Shown one piece after another: positions 16,133-24,734 of a stretch of 40,410 bases of DNA. Each line of letters begins with the position of its first letter. Position 1 is the stretch's first letter. A program made the position numbers and the translations under genes. The stretch is taken from positions 1 through 40,410 of the IMG/VR virus record IMGVR_UViG_3300005805_000005, one strand, 5' to 3'. Source of the stretch: a virus. Its lineage: Duplodnaviria; Caudoviricetes. The notes beneath the pieces are model-generated. The model did not search any database. It saw only the letters and a program-made list of their open reading frames with translations, and had not been told where the DNA came from.

Positions 16133-17280
16133 TTCTGCAGCTCCTTGATTCGCTCGCTCGCCTTAGCGAGATTCGCCTCGTCAATCTCAAACGCAGCCCA
16201 CTTTCGGCCGAGCCCAACGCACGCTGCTGGAGTGGTTCCGCCTCCACAAAACGGGTCCACAACAAACCCGTCTTGTTCCGTAAGAAGTTCGATGAAATAG
16301 CGAGCCTCGGCCTCTGACTGCTGCCATTCGTGATGCGACTTTTCGCGGCTTCCTGTCGCCACATCGTTCACGAATGTCGTTTTGTCTCCTCGCGTCTCCT
16401 TGACAAACCAGAGCATCGGCTTCCAGCCGTTGACGATGCCGTACTCGTTCATTCGCAGGAGCGTCGGCCCGCTGTGGTAGCAAGAGCACGTCCACCAGTA
16501 GCGCAGGTGCTTTGACAGGTCAGCCACCGCGTCTGGCAGTTGAATCTGACCGATGTAGGCAATGAGGCTTCCGCCTGGGCGCAGCACTCTCGCGGCAAAC
16601 TTGCCGAGCGGCTCGAACAGTTCGATTGCCTTTCGGTCGTATGGCGGGTCAGTGAAGATCAGGTCAACCGACGCATCGGGTATCTTGTCGCCGATCTCTC
16701 GGAAGTCGCCAAGGAACAGGCCGTCCACTGACTTCCTTCGTTTCTTCGCCTCGGCCTTTTCGGCGTCGCGTTTTGCAGACTGCTGTTCGTCGCGGATCTC
16801 CGACACGCACTTCTTGCACGAAAAGTCGGCACCCTTCTCGGTCGCCGCTGCCGCCCTAGCGTCGATCTCCTCTGGCGTCAGTGCCAACAGCTTGACGCCG
16901 GCGGCGGCGATGTTGGGGTTGATGCCTAGGTCAGACAAAAACATCACGTCCCGTGAGGTTTCTCCGGAATCATCATCGACCGTGATCTTTTTCGGGCGAC
17001 CTTGTTTCGCCAACACCCCCTCATCCCTCATCCGCTGCGTCAGTTCGCCTACCTTGCGAACGGCCTTCGTGTGTGATGCGGCGCAGCGGTTCTGAACGGC
17101 CTTGCTGGCATCGACCTGACGTGCGAGCAGTTTGCACGCCGCGGCCATGTCGTATGCACGAAGAACTTCGTCCGGCTCAAATGCCGTGGCGATAGCTTGT
17201 TCGACCTGCGCCTGCGTCCGGTCAATTGATTCGGCAGTAATCGCTGAGCGTCGCTTGATTGGTGCAATCGTCCGTGGCAT
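16129..17280 (-). CDS. DNA N6-adenine/N4-cytosine methyltransferase (beta class) with N-terminal extension
   Basis: DLIFTDPPY then VVDPFCGGGTT; AAGGAGG RBS. Confidence 0.9.
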   Translation of the reverse strand: MPRTIAPIKRRSAITAESIDRTQAQVEQAIATAFEPDEVLRAYDMAAACKLLARQVDASKAVQNRCAASHTKAVRKVGELTQRMRDEGVLAKQGRPKKITVDDDSGETSRDVMFLSDLGINPNIAAAGVKLLALTPEEIDARAAAATEKGADFSCKKCVSEIRDEQQSAKRDAEKAEAKKRRKSVDGLFLGDFREIGDKIPDASVDLIFTDPPYDRKAIELFEPLGKFAARVLRPGGSLIAYIGQIQLPDAVADLSKHLRYWWTCSCYHSGPTLLRMNEYGIVNGWKPMLWFVKETRGDKTTFVNDVATGSREKSHHEWQQSEAEARYFIELLTEQDGFVVDPFCGGGTTPAACVGLGRKWAAFEIDEANLAKASERIKELQK

Positions 17281-17331
17281 GTCTACCTCCTTGCAGTGTG
17301 TTCTGAACCCGTGCCTACCGTGGCACACCCG

Positions 17332-17652
17332 TCAAGATGCGATTCGCCACACCACCGCCATCCGCCCGCTGCTGGTCCGCCTGGTCCCGGCCTCGACCAC
17401 CATCCCGCGCCGTGCAAGCTCGATCCGCCGTGGCCGCTGCGTTGACGGGTTCATGCCGAGGGCCAGCTGCATCTCCTCGTCGGTTGCGCCAAATGCACCG
17501 CACGTCTGTAGGAACCGCAGCACCTTCGACTGCATCGCGTTGAGCGTCGCCGGCCCGAGAGAGTCGGCGGCCTGCGCCGAGGTCATCGTGCCGTTAGACG
17601 GGGCTCGCTGCGTAAAAAGCGGCAGCGGTGTCTCGCGGTAGTAGTCGCTCAT
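17332..17652 (-). CDS. Winged-helix DNA-binding protein
   Basis: GATDEEMQLALGMNPSTQRPRRIEL..G.V...G.R.T.SGR.A.VW. Confidence 0.75.
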   Translation of the reverse strand: MSDYYRETPLPLFTQRAPSNGTMTSAQAADSLGPATLNAMQSKVLRFLQTCGAFGATDEEMQLALGMNPSTQRPRRIELARRGMVVEAGTRRTSSGRMAVVWRIAS

Positions 17653-17798
17653 CTCACAGTCCTTTGTGTTTTGGCCGCGTGACGTGCGGCATTCGGCAAA
17701 CTCACCGCGCCATGGACACGCGGCATCTGCTGCGGTGGTTACTCGCCACTTCCGCTGGGCGGCCAATGCGGCTCTATGGCCGCAGCCAATGGCGTGGC

Positions 17799-18038
17799 CT
17801 AGTACCCGCTTCGATCTAGGTATGCGTCCTCTTGCTCCGTTGTTCGTCTTGAGCCAGGCCGCAGCCTGACGGGCGGCAGGCTTCTCCACCGCCGCCGGTT
17901 CTCGTCCTCGAGCCGCCGCCGCTCAATCGCTTCTGGCGTCCGCTCTTCAGCGATCTCGCGGTCGATGTCGTCCACGTACCTCGCCCACTCGTGACGATTC
18001 CGCTGCGGATCCGGCGAGAACACGATTGGCGTGCTCAT
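17799..18038 (-). CDS. Hypothetical protein
   Basis: 79-aa ORF with ATGA overlap. Confidence 0.6.
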   Translation of the reverse strand: MSTPIVFSPDPQRNRHEWARYVDDIDREIAEERTPEAIERRRLEDENRRRWRSLPPVRLRPGSRRTTEQEDAYLDRSGY

Positions 18039-18889
18039 GCCGTCACCTCGTGTTCGGCGGCCTCGTGGGCGAACTCCTGGCCGTTGTCGCTTGACTCGAT
18101 GAGCATCTCGGCCCGGTGCCGCATCAGGGCCACAAGCTCGTCGTGCTGGTCAGCCGTGAAGACGCCTTCGCCTAGGCGTCGATCAACTAGGCGACGTAGC
18201 GTGTCGAGTGCGTCCAGCGTCGCTGCCCTTGACACCGCGAGGCGTGCCTTGCCCATCGGGTCTTCGGCCGGCTGCTGCGGCTCGGCTGGCTTTACGACGC
18301 CTTCAAACTTGGGACGGACCACGACGGGCTCGCGGGCCGGATCGGGCTGCGGGTAGTCCTGAGCCTCCTCGGCCGTCACCAAGCCCTTTAGCACGTCGGG
18401 AAACGCATCCCGCAACGCGAAGCCTCGAGCCCGCAGCTGAAGCATCCGTTTCGGGTACTGCGTCCACGGGCCGCTCTTGCCCCACAGTCCGGCCTTCTTG
18501 GCGTCGGCAACGCTAAACCGTGCCACGACGTTAGCGTCCTTGCCCTTGCGGCTTGTCTGGCAGACGGCCGTCATATTGTCGCCGTCACCCTCAATCGTCT
18601 CGTGGATGCCGTCGCACACCTGGCTGGCCAAGCACAGGGCCAGGGCCGCGTCGCCCCAAATAGCAGGCCGCCCGTTGATGCAAGCAATGTTTTGCAGGCT
18701 CTGCATCGGGCTAAGCCCGATCTCGCTCCCGTGCTGAATGGCCAGCAGGCACGACTCGGGCTTCCCACGAAAGTCCTTTGGGGCAAAGTCAGACTTCGCA
18801 ACCATCTGTGCAAAGCGAAACGCATCGTCAAACGTTGCGAGTGCCAAGCCCCTGGCTGGCGTCGTGTTGGTGGAAATCTCTGTACTCAT
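18035..18889 (-). CDS. RecT-like single-strand annealing recombinase
   Basis: PKDFRGKP..G.EIGLSPMQSLQNIACINGRP, WTQYPKRML..RA..LRDAFPDVLKG. Confidence 0.85.
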   Translation of the reverse strand: MSTEISTNTTPARGLALATFDDAFRFAQMVAKSDFAPKDFRGKPESCLLAIQHGSEIGLSPMQSLQNIACINGRPAIWGDAALALCLASQVCDGIHETIEGDGDNMTAVCQTSRKGKDANVVARFSVADAKKAGLWGKSGPWTQYPKRMLQLRARGFALRDAFPDVLKGLVTAEEAQDYPQPDPAREPVVVRPKFEGVVKPAEPQQPAEDPMGKARLAVSRAATLDALDTLRRLVDRRLGEGVFTADQHDELVALMRHRAEMLIESSDNGQEFAHEAAEHEVTA

Positions 18890-19020
18890 CTCGCGTCCTT
18901 TCTGCGTGGTGAAATTGCCCGCCTAGCGTCCTGCTCAGCGGGTGGTGTTGCGTCCTTGCTGCTCGAGCTCCGCTCGACTCCTTCCGCCGACTAGCTCCGC
19001 TGGCCGGCGGTCCTGTGTGC
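18890..19020 (-). ncRNA. GGA-loop hairpin-rich leader (putative CsrA-binding RNA)
   Basis: 8 GGA motifs in about 130 nt, several in hairpin loops (TCGAGC-GGA-GCTCGA; AGC-AGGAC-GCT). Confidence 0.4.
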
Positions 19021-19022
19021 CT

Positions 19023-19250
19023 TTAGTGCGTCACGTCCTTGGCCGACACGGCGAGCCAGCCGCCGTCGATCTCGATGCTCAGCCGGTCGCCGTCGATGTC
19101 CCAAATGCGGCCCTGCCAACGCTTGCCGCAGCTGCAGCCGCTCACGAAATCGCCGATGGCGTAGACCCGCTGGCTCAGCGTCTGTTCAGGCAGGCCGCTC
19201 ACGGCGGCCAGGTACTCGTTCTCGTTGGGGCTTGTGGCGTTCTGGATCAT
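19023..19250 (-). CDS. Hypothetical protein
   Basis: AAGGAGG RBS and own promoter. Confidence 0.7.
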   Translation of the reverse strand: MIQNATSPNENEYLAAVSGLPEQTLSQRVYAIGDFVSGCSCGKRWQGRIWDIDGDRLSIEIDGGWLAVSAKDVTH

Positions 19251-19275
19251 GGGGGGGTTCCTCCTTGGGTGGCGT

Positions 19276-19303
19276 AGTGTACGCCCGTTCATCTGTCAGT
19301 CAA
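19276..19303 (-). promoter_or_regulatory. Sigma70-like promoter TTGACT-N16-TACACT
   Basis: Near-consensus hexamers upstream of 19250. Confidence 0.55.
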
Positions 19304-19399
19304 ATCGGATTTACGTGCGTGGCGCACGGGGAAAACAGCGAGTAGGGGAGTCGAAATCTTGTACAGCATTGCTTGCCGGTATCGGTAATCACGGGCAGC

Positions 19400-19427
19400 A
19401 GCATACCGATAGCGGTAAAGAAGTCAA
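19400..19427 (-). promoter_or_regulatory. Promoter TTGACT-N16-TATGCT with palindromic operator TACCGCTATCGGTA
   Basis: Operator 19404-19417 lies in the spacer and overlaps the -10. Confidence 0.65.
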
Positions 19428-19567
19428 CGGGAAAGAACGCCGGCCACGCTGGCCAGCAGTTCCAGCAGATCGTGCAGTGCTCGAGCGGCCGGTGAGTCTG
19501 TGCCGAGCTCCTGCCCGATGCGGACCAAGACGAGCGACTGCAGGGCGGCGTTCCAGCGACGTTGCAT
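19424..19567 (-). CDS. Small hypothetical protein (47 aa, below ORF-track cutoff)
   Basis: MQRRWNAALQSLVLVRIGQELG..; AAGGAGG RBS. Confidence 0.6.
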   Translation of the reverse strand: MQRRWNAALQSLVLVRIGQELGTDSPAARALHDLLELLASVAGVLSR

Positions 19568-19660
19568 TGCGTGGCCCTCCTTAGCCTGAGAATCCTGTGA
19601 GCGATTGCCACCCGTTTCGCAGCTGTCGGCAGGCCGGGTGGCCCCACCATTGAGCGTCAG

Positions 19661-20035
19661 TCAGCCGTTGATGTTCTGGCCGTCAGAGTCAAGCACATAC
19701 CACTCGCGGTCAGCATAGTTTGCCTCTGCGTATGCGTTGGCTGCAGCGTCATCGCTGACTCGTATGGAATCCAGTTCATGCCAGCCATCGCCATCTGGAA
19801 CACAAATCGAGTACGCCTTGGTGTAGGTCTCGTCTAGGCGAGTCTCAATGTGGTACACAAGGTCCGAAATCTCCTCGTCACTCCAGTTGGCATCGCCTGC
19901 CTCACGGATAGCACGGAGTTGCTGGCCGTCAATGTGCGCGCCGTTTGCGTCCCAAGTAGCAGCGACCTCATGGCCGCCAATATCAACAACATCGCGGTTA
20001 ATGGTCCGAATCTCTGAATTGCGGATAGTCAGCAT
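19661..20035 (-). CDS. Acidic hypothetical protein
   Basis: AGGAG RBS; downstream of an operator-controlled promoter. Confidence 0.7.
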   Translation of the reverse strand: MLTIRNSEIRTINRDVVDIGGHEVAATWDANGAHIDGQQLRAIREAGDANWSDEEISDLVYHIETRLDETYTKAYSICVPDGDGWHELDSIRVSDDAAANAYAEANYADREWYVLDSDGQNING

Positions 20036-20118
20036 CGTTGTCTCCTGGTTGTGTCCATTGCAGGACAAGGTGGCCAATCAGACTAGCGGCTGCGAGTCTC
20101 ATTTGCTCGCATGCCACT

Positions 20119-20146
20119 ACTCTACCGCTATCGGTAAAGATGTCAA
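20119..20146 (-). promoter_or_regulatory. Promoter TTGACA-N16-TAGAGT with operator TACCGATAGCGGTA
   Basis: Operator 20123-20136. Confidence 0.65.
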
Positions 20147-20190
20147 CAGCACTGCACGGATTTTTCTAGAACCGTGGAAAACGCGGAAAA

Positions 20191-20457
20191 TCAGCGGGCT
20201 TTTCGCCGCTTCCGCTTGGGCTTCTCCGTGGACGCCCTGGCCTGAGCTTCGGCCTTCTTGGCGTTGGAGTGCGGAGCCAGCTCCTGACGCATGGCCCGGC
20301 AGCCCTCAACGCTGACCATCCAAGCCCGCTCGTTGGCCTTGAAGCCCTGCAGGCGGCCTTCCCGCAGCCGAAGGCGAATCAGCCCATCCGTGCAGCCGGC
20401 GATCCCTACCGCCTCCTCGACGCTGCACCACTTCCCGTCGGGTGTCATCGTGACCAT
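20191..20457 (-). CDS. Excisionase-like (HTH_17/MerR-type) DNA-binding protein
   Basis: SVEEAVGIAGCTDGLIRLRLREGRLQGFK..AWMV; divergent from the integrase. Confidence 0.8.
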   Translation of the reverse strand: MVTMTPDGKWCSVEEAVGIAGCTDGLIRLRLREGRLQGFKANERAWMVSVEGCRAMRQELAPHSNAKKAEAQARASTEKPKRKRRKAR

Positions 20458-20463
20458 GCTCCA

Positions 20464-20491
20464 ACTCTACCGCCAGCGGTAGGCAAGTCAA
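20464..20491 (-). promoter_or_regulatory. Leaderless promoter TTGACT-N16-TAGAGT with operator TACCGCTGGCGGTA
   Basis: Operator 20468-20481; -10 lies 6 nt before ATG 20457. Confidence 0.65.
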
Positions 20492-20663
20492 ACTGTCCAT
20501 CGGCCCAGCAAGCCCAAACCACCGCCCCGGCACGATCCTGAGAACCAGATCGGCCGGCGCGGTAGAGTGGTCTGACGGGCCACCGTTTCACTGGAGGCGA
20601 GTACACATAAACACTTGTACAGTGGTGTACACTGGCATGGATGCCGCACGAGGAGAGGCAGCC

Positions 20664-21551
20664 ATGACGATGCGAGACTTGCTCGAGCGATACGCCCTGC
20701 TGCGGTCGCTGAACACCAAGACGACGAAGCTCTACGAAATGCTCCTAGACCGCCTAGATGCGTTTCTAGGACGTGAGGCGACCACGGCCGACCTAGATGA
20801 CCTCGTGGTCAGTCGGTACCTCAAATGGCGTGCAGAGACGCCACGGTGGAAAGGCCGCAAGCCATCGGCGGCAAGCGTGCGAAAAGACCGCGTCATGCTC
20901 CAGGCCATTTGGACGTACGCTGCTAGGAAGCGAATCGTGGCCGAGTTCCCTGAGCTCCCGAAAGTCAAGGTGCCTGCCCGACTCCCAACGGGCCGGGCCT
21001 ACACCGCCGACGACGTGGCAAAACTGATCCGGCGGGCCAGGCATCGCATCGGCAACACTGGCGGCGTGCCGTCCGCCTGGTGGTGGCAGACGATTATTTA
21101 CGCCATCTACTGCACCGGCGAGCGACTAGAGGCCACTATGTCGCTCCGGTGGGCCGACGTGGATCTGGAGCGGTGCCGGGTGGTGTTTCGTGGCGAGAAC
21201 CGCAAGGGCAGCACCAGGGACATCGAGCGGCAGATCACGCCCGAACTGGCCGCGATGCTGGCCATGCACCGCCGAGCCGACTCGGAGCTTGTGTGGCCGT
21301 CTGATCGCCGCAGCCGGTTTCAGTGGACAAGCCTAAAACTGCTCTGTAAATCGGCAGGCGTGCAGTACAGGGGCTTCCACGGGCTCCGCAGGACGGCCGC
21401 GTCTTATGCCGCTCTTGCCGGCGGGACCGCCGCCGCCACGCAGCTGCTAGACCACAGCGACCCTAAGCTCCAGCAGCGGTACGTGGATCCGCTGATTTGC
21501 CCAACGGACGCAGACTCAACAAGGGCGTTGCCGCCGCTGGACTTAAAGTGA
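20664..21551 (+). CDS. int: Tyrosine recombinase/integrase
   Basis: TGER (Arg), RK, HGLRR, LDH, RY catalytic residues; AGGAG RBS; no obvious IntI-specific insertion. Confidence 0.9.
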   Translation: MTMRDLLERYALLRSLNTKTTKLYEMLLDRLDAFLGREATTADLDDLVVSRYLKWRAETPRWKGRKPSAASVRKDRVMLQAIWTYAARKRIVAEFPELPKVKVPARLPTGRAYTADDVAKLIRRARHRIGNTGGVPSAWWWQTIIYAIYCTGERLEATMSLRWADVDLERCRVVFRGENRKGSTRDIERQITPELAAMLAMHRRADSELVWPSDRRSRFQWTSLKLLCKSAGVQYRGFHGLRRTAASYAALAGGTAAATQLLDHSDPKLQQRYVDPLICPTDADSTRALPPLDLK

Positions 21552-21621
21552 CACCAAGCCGAGCAGGCGGGGAGGCGACAGCGAAAGGGGTAAAACCGCC
21601 GCCTGCAACCCGCCGCCCGGC

Positions 21622-21828
21622 TCATGGATACCACGGGCCGACAAAGTGCCGATGCTCTTCGGCTCGCGCCCGCTCTACCGATGCCGTGTGCTTAAGCCTG
21701 CTGACCTCGGCGAGTAGCCGCAGCACGTCTGCAGCTAGCGTTCCCGAAGTTCCCGTAAACGCGCCGGAGAACCTCCGGGCACGCATCTCGCACTCGAGCA
21801 GATAGGCGTCGGCGAGTGGCTCAGGCAC
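21622..21828 (-). CDS. Hypothetical protein
   Basis: GTG start overlapping the upstream gene end. Confidence 0.55.
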   Translation of the reverse strand: MPEPLADAYLLECEMRARRFSGAFTGTSGTLAADVLRLLAEVSRLKHTASVERARAEEHRHFVGPWYP

Positions 21829-22276
21829 GCCTGCACTCCTGATGGCAAGCGGCGTAGCCAGCAATGTCAATTGCGGCGTCGTCTGTGGCTTGCGGGCCGA
21901 GTTGCCTCGCCACCTTGTCCAGCACCATGACCAGCGCCCAATCGGCCGCGGTAAACGTGGTCGCAAAGGCAGCGTTGACGAGCGCAGCGGTCCGGGCGAA
22001 ATGTTGCGTCGGCGGCCCGTACTTGCCGTGCCGATCACGGACGGCTGCGACGGCGTGCCGTAGCGTCTCCTCGGCCGCAGTGATCGTCGGCGCAAACCGC
22101 TCAAGCACCTCGGCGGCACTCGGGCCGCGATACGAAACCTCTGCCGCCGCAACTTCCGGCATAGGTTCCGTAACGTCGTACCACTCCTCGTGCGGCTTGC
22201 CGGCGGCTTGGGCCTGCATCCTGCCCTCTACCGCTCGCCTGACCATCTGATTGCGCTCCTCAATCGTCATGCTCAT
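21821..22276 (-). CDS. DUF6378-like protein
   Basis: DRHGKYG...HF.R.A.L..MVLDKVAR..D..IDIAGYAA. Confidence 0.75.
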   Translation of the reverse strand: MSMTIEERNQMVRRAVEGRMQAQAAGKPHEEWYDVTEPMPEVAAAEVSYRGPSAAEVLERFAPTITAAEETLRHAVAAVRDRHGKYGPPTQHFARTAALVNAAFATTFTAADWALVMVLDKVARQLGPQATDDAAIDIAGYAACHQECRRA

Positions 22277-22314
22277 GCTGCCTCCTTCGTGGTGCTGTCA
22301 GTTTTCCGCCAGCG

Positions 22315-23319
22315 TCAAGCAGTCCGCACCGAGCCGTCACTCATGACGCGATAGTTCTGCACGTCGAACGTGCCGCCCTTGTGAATGGTGGCCACGGCAA
22401 ACCCGTGGTTCCATCGGTTGATGATGGCGTACTCGGGCCGCAGGTCGCACAGGCAGCCGGTGCTCCAACACGCCGTCTCGTGGTGCCACATATCGGATTC
22501 GGCGTGATTGCTCGTGCGGTGCGAGTGGCCCACGAGAACGGTCGAGAGCGTTCGCAGAAACGCACCTCGAGCGACGTTGACCGGCGCGGCCATGCCCCTA
22601 GGAAGCTCGTGCCCGTGAAGCACCGGCAGTTTGCCGAGCATCACCGGCCGCTGGTCGTCCACCAGGGCCACGCCATGCTTGTCTAGGTCAAGCCACGCAC
22701 ACAGCGACATGCGGGGGTCGTCGCTGATCTCGGCGGCGTGCTGCCAGAGCCAGTGCGTCCACCGGTCCTCATGGTTGCCAGTTTTGTAGACAATTGGAAT
22801 CTTTGGGAACTCTTGCCGTAGGTAGGCGACGAACGTCCGCACCGCCTCGAGCTCGCTCTTGAAGTCCCGTTGCGTCGGATCTTTCATGTAGCGACTGATG
22901 GCGTAGAAGTCGGCAATGTCACCGTTCAGCAGCAACGCCGCAAGGTTCTGCTCCTTCAAGTAGCCAACGGCAGCCGCCACCGCGATCTCGCTGTGGTACG
23001 GCACATGCACGTCGGACAGGATGCCCACAGGGCCGAGCACATCTAGCACGTAAGGCGTCCACTCGCGAGCCACACTCTTGGGCATGGCGTATTCGACACC
23101 GGCCTGGCGTGGGGCTCGAGGTGCAGCTGGCTTGGTGCTTTTCCGGTGCTCGTTTCCCATCGTGCCGAACTGCTTGCGAATCCTGCAGCGAGCCTGCTCC
23201 AGCGTGATAGCACCGTTTGCGTCTTTGACTAGCCGCCTAGCTAGCGTGCGTGCGGGTGCGTTTGGGTGAGCCCGGCACAGCTTGCGAGCCATCTGCGTGA
23301 TCGGGTCAGCCGACGCCAT
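22315..23319 (-). CDS. Calcineurin-like metallophosphoesterase
   Basis: SDVH, NGDIAD, GNHE, HGH, GHSH. Confidence 0.9.
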   Translation of the reverse strand: MASADPITQMARKLCRAHPNAPARTLARRLVKDANGAITLEQARCRIRKQFGTMGNEHRKSTKPAAPRAPRQAGVEYAMPKSVAREWTPYVLDVLGPVGILSDVHVPYHSEIAVAAAVGYLKEQNLAALLLNGDIADFYAISRYMKDPTQRDFKSELEAVRTFVAYLRQEFPKIPIVYKTGNHEDRWTHWLWQHAAEISDDPRMSLCAWLDLDKHGVALVDDQRPVMLGKLPVLHGHELPRGMAAPVNVARGAFLRTLSTVLVGHSHRTSNHAESDMWHHETACWSTGCLCDLRPEYAIINRWNHGFAVATIHKGGTFDVQNYRVMSDGSVRTA

Positions 23320-23584
23320 CTTGCATCCTCCTATATCGCAGCGTGCTGTAGAGCAGTCGACGGAGGTCGCGGGCTCCGTTTGTGACACTCTCTTCGCTGA
23401 GGTCTGGGTAGAGGCAGTGCAGCGCCTCGTGAAGCTCAACTTCTAGCCGTCTTTGCGGGGGCAGTTTGTCGTGAATCAAGACGGTGCCATTGTCATTGGC
23501 CCACCCGTCAGCCGAGCCGCGAAGCCTGGTGTAGCACCACTGCCAAATGCGGCCGGCAAGTTTGACGCGATGACGCACTCCCAC
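23306..23584 (-). CDS. Small HExxH metallopeptidase-like protein
   Basis: ELHEALH..SEESV. Confidence 0.65.
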   Translation of the reverse strand: MGVRHRVKLAGRIWQWCYTRLRGSADGWANDNGTVLIHDKLPPQRRLEVELHEALHCLYPDLSEESVTNGARDLRRLLYSTLRYRRMQDGVG

Positions 23585-23619
23585 GGCTGACTCCCTTCAC
23601 CGGGAGTGTGGCAGGGGTG

Positions 23620-23883
23620 TCAACCGATACCGATGCGACGCCCGAGATCGTTGAGTTTTTCGGCCCGCTGCGAGCACCCGCACGGGCGGCCGATTGCCGC
23701 GCTGACTCGCTGCTCCGTGATTCCAATTGCCGACAGGACGGCTTTCACGAGGTCGCCTAGTCCACGCTTGCGTCGCCAGCAGTTCGGCCTGCCGCAGCAG
23801 TTTCGGAGAAACCCCGGCATGGACTCCGGCTGGCGGCACCGAGTGCAGACGCGACGCTCGTCGTACTCGCACAGCGTGGTCAT
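23620..23883 (-). CDS. Small Cys-rich hypothetical protein
   Basis: CTRC, GLGDLV..IGI..PCGCSQR..KLN. Confidence 0.65.
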   Translation of the reverse strand: MTTLCEYDERRVCTRCRQPESMPGFLRNCCGRPNCWRRKRGLGDLVKAVLSAIGITEQRVSAAIGRPCGCSQRAEKLNDLGRRIGIG

Positions 23884-24734
23884 GGAATGTAGATGGCCGC
23901 TGACCAGTTGATCGTCGCGTTCGTTGGCGATGTGTTCCCTGCCGTGAGGATAGATGCCCGGCAACTGCTTTCATTGATTGATGCCTGCCAGCACTGCACT
24001 CGCCCAAAACTGCCTGACGTGCTGGTGCAGCCCCCGAGAGATGAGACAGAGGTGTGGTTCACGGTGATTGTCGATCCGCTCCCGCAGCCTCTAGGAGCAA
24101 GTGCAGTCCCTTGCGTGGATGGCACGGATCCAAAAAAATAATAATCCTGCTGGCCAGTGCATCTATTGACCAGCGTATTTCCGACTCTGATGTTTTGCGC
24201 GTCGTATCCAATCGCGCAGCTCACGTACGATGGGCTGATGCGAACAAACCACCCGCACTGGCTATTGGCGGAGTAGTGGCCAGCAGTAATTTCCACGCTG
24301 TTGAAATCGCCGGGGCCGCAACTGGCAAACCGATAGGAGCCGCAGTACGTCTGGCCGACATTTGCAAGAGTAAACCCCTGCGAAAAGGTTTTTGCGCCGA
24401 CAGAGCCGTGGTACGACTGCACCGTGCCAGACGTTGGCCAGTTTGCAAACTGCGTCCGCTGCTGCACAGGAATGTCGGAAATCGAGTAGTCGACCAGCAC
24501 GTTGATTGTGCTCGGCCAATTGTCGCAGCAGAACTCGCACGTAGTGAATCCTAGGCACTGGCCGCTGGTGCATGTGGTGCCAGCGCCATGCCAGTATCCA
24601 CCCTCGGATACACACTCGGCTTCGGTTTTGCTGGAGCAAAACCACCGCAGAAACCCTAGCGAGTAGTCTGCAGTGCAGCACTTGCCTGGCTCGGTGCTGC
24701 CGCCACCACCAGGAACGCAACATGGGCAGACCAT
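23880..24734 (-). CDS. Cys-rich putative tail tip/receptor-binding protein
   Basis: MVCPCC..GKCC..C..EGGYWHGAGTTC; last large gene of the tail module. Confidence 0.55.
   Translation of the reverse strand: MVCPCCVPGGGGSTEPGKCCTADYSLGFLRWFCSSKTEAECVSEGGYWHGAGTTCTSGQCLGFTTCEFCCDNWPSTINVLVDYSISDIPVQQRTQFANWPTSGTVQSYHGSVGAKTFSQGFTLANVGQTYCGSYRFASCGPGDFNSVEITAGHYSANSQCGWFVRISPSYVSCAIGYDAQNIRVGNTLVNRCTGQQDYYFFGSVPSTQGTALAPRGCGSGSTITVNHTSVSSLGGCTSTSGSFGRVQCWQASINESSCRASILTAGNTSPTNATINWSAAIYIP

Noticed and set aside
21552-21621. attP or tRNA fragment after the integrase
   Set aside because: Only a GC-rich imperfect hairpin between convergent genes; no recognisable tRNA end or core repeat
23880-24734. 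Diversity-generating retroelement target
   Set aside because: No reverse transcriptase and no TR/VR repeat pair seen
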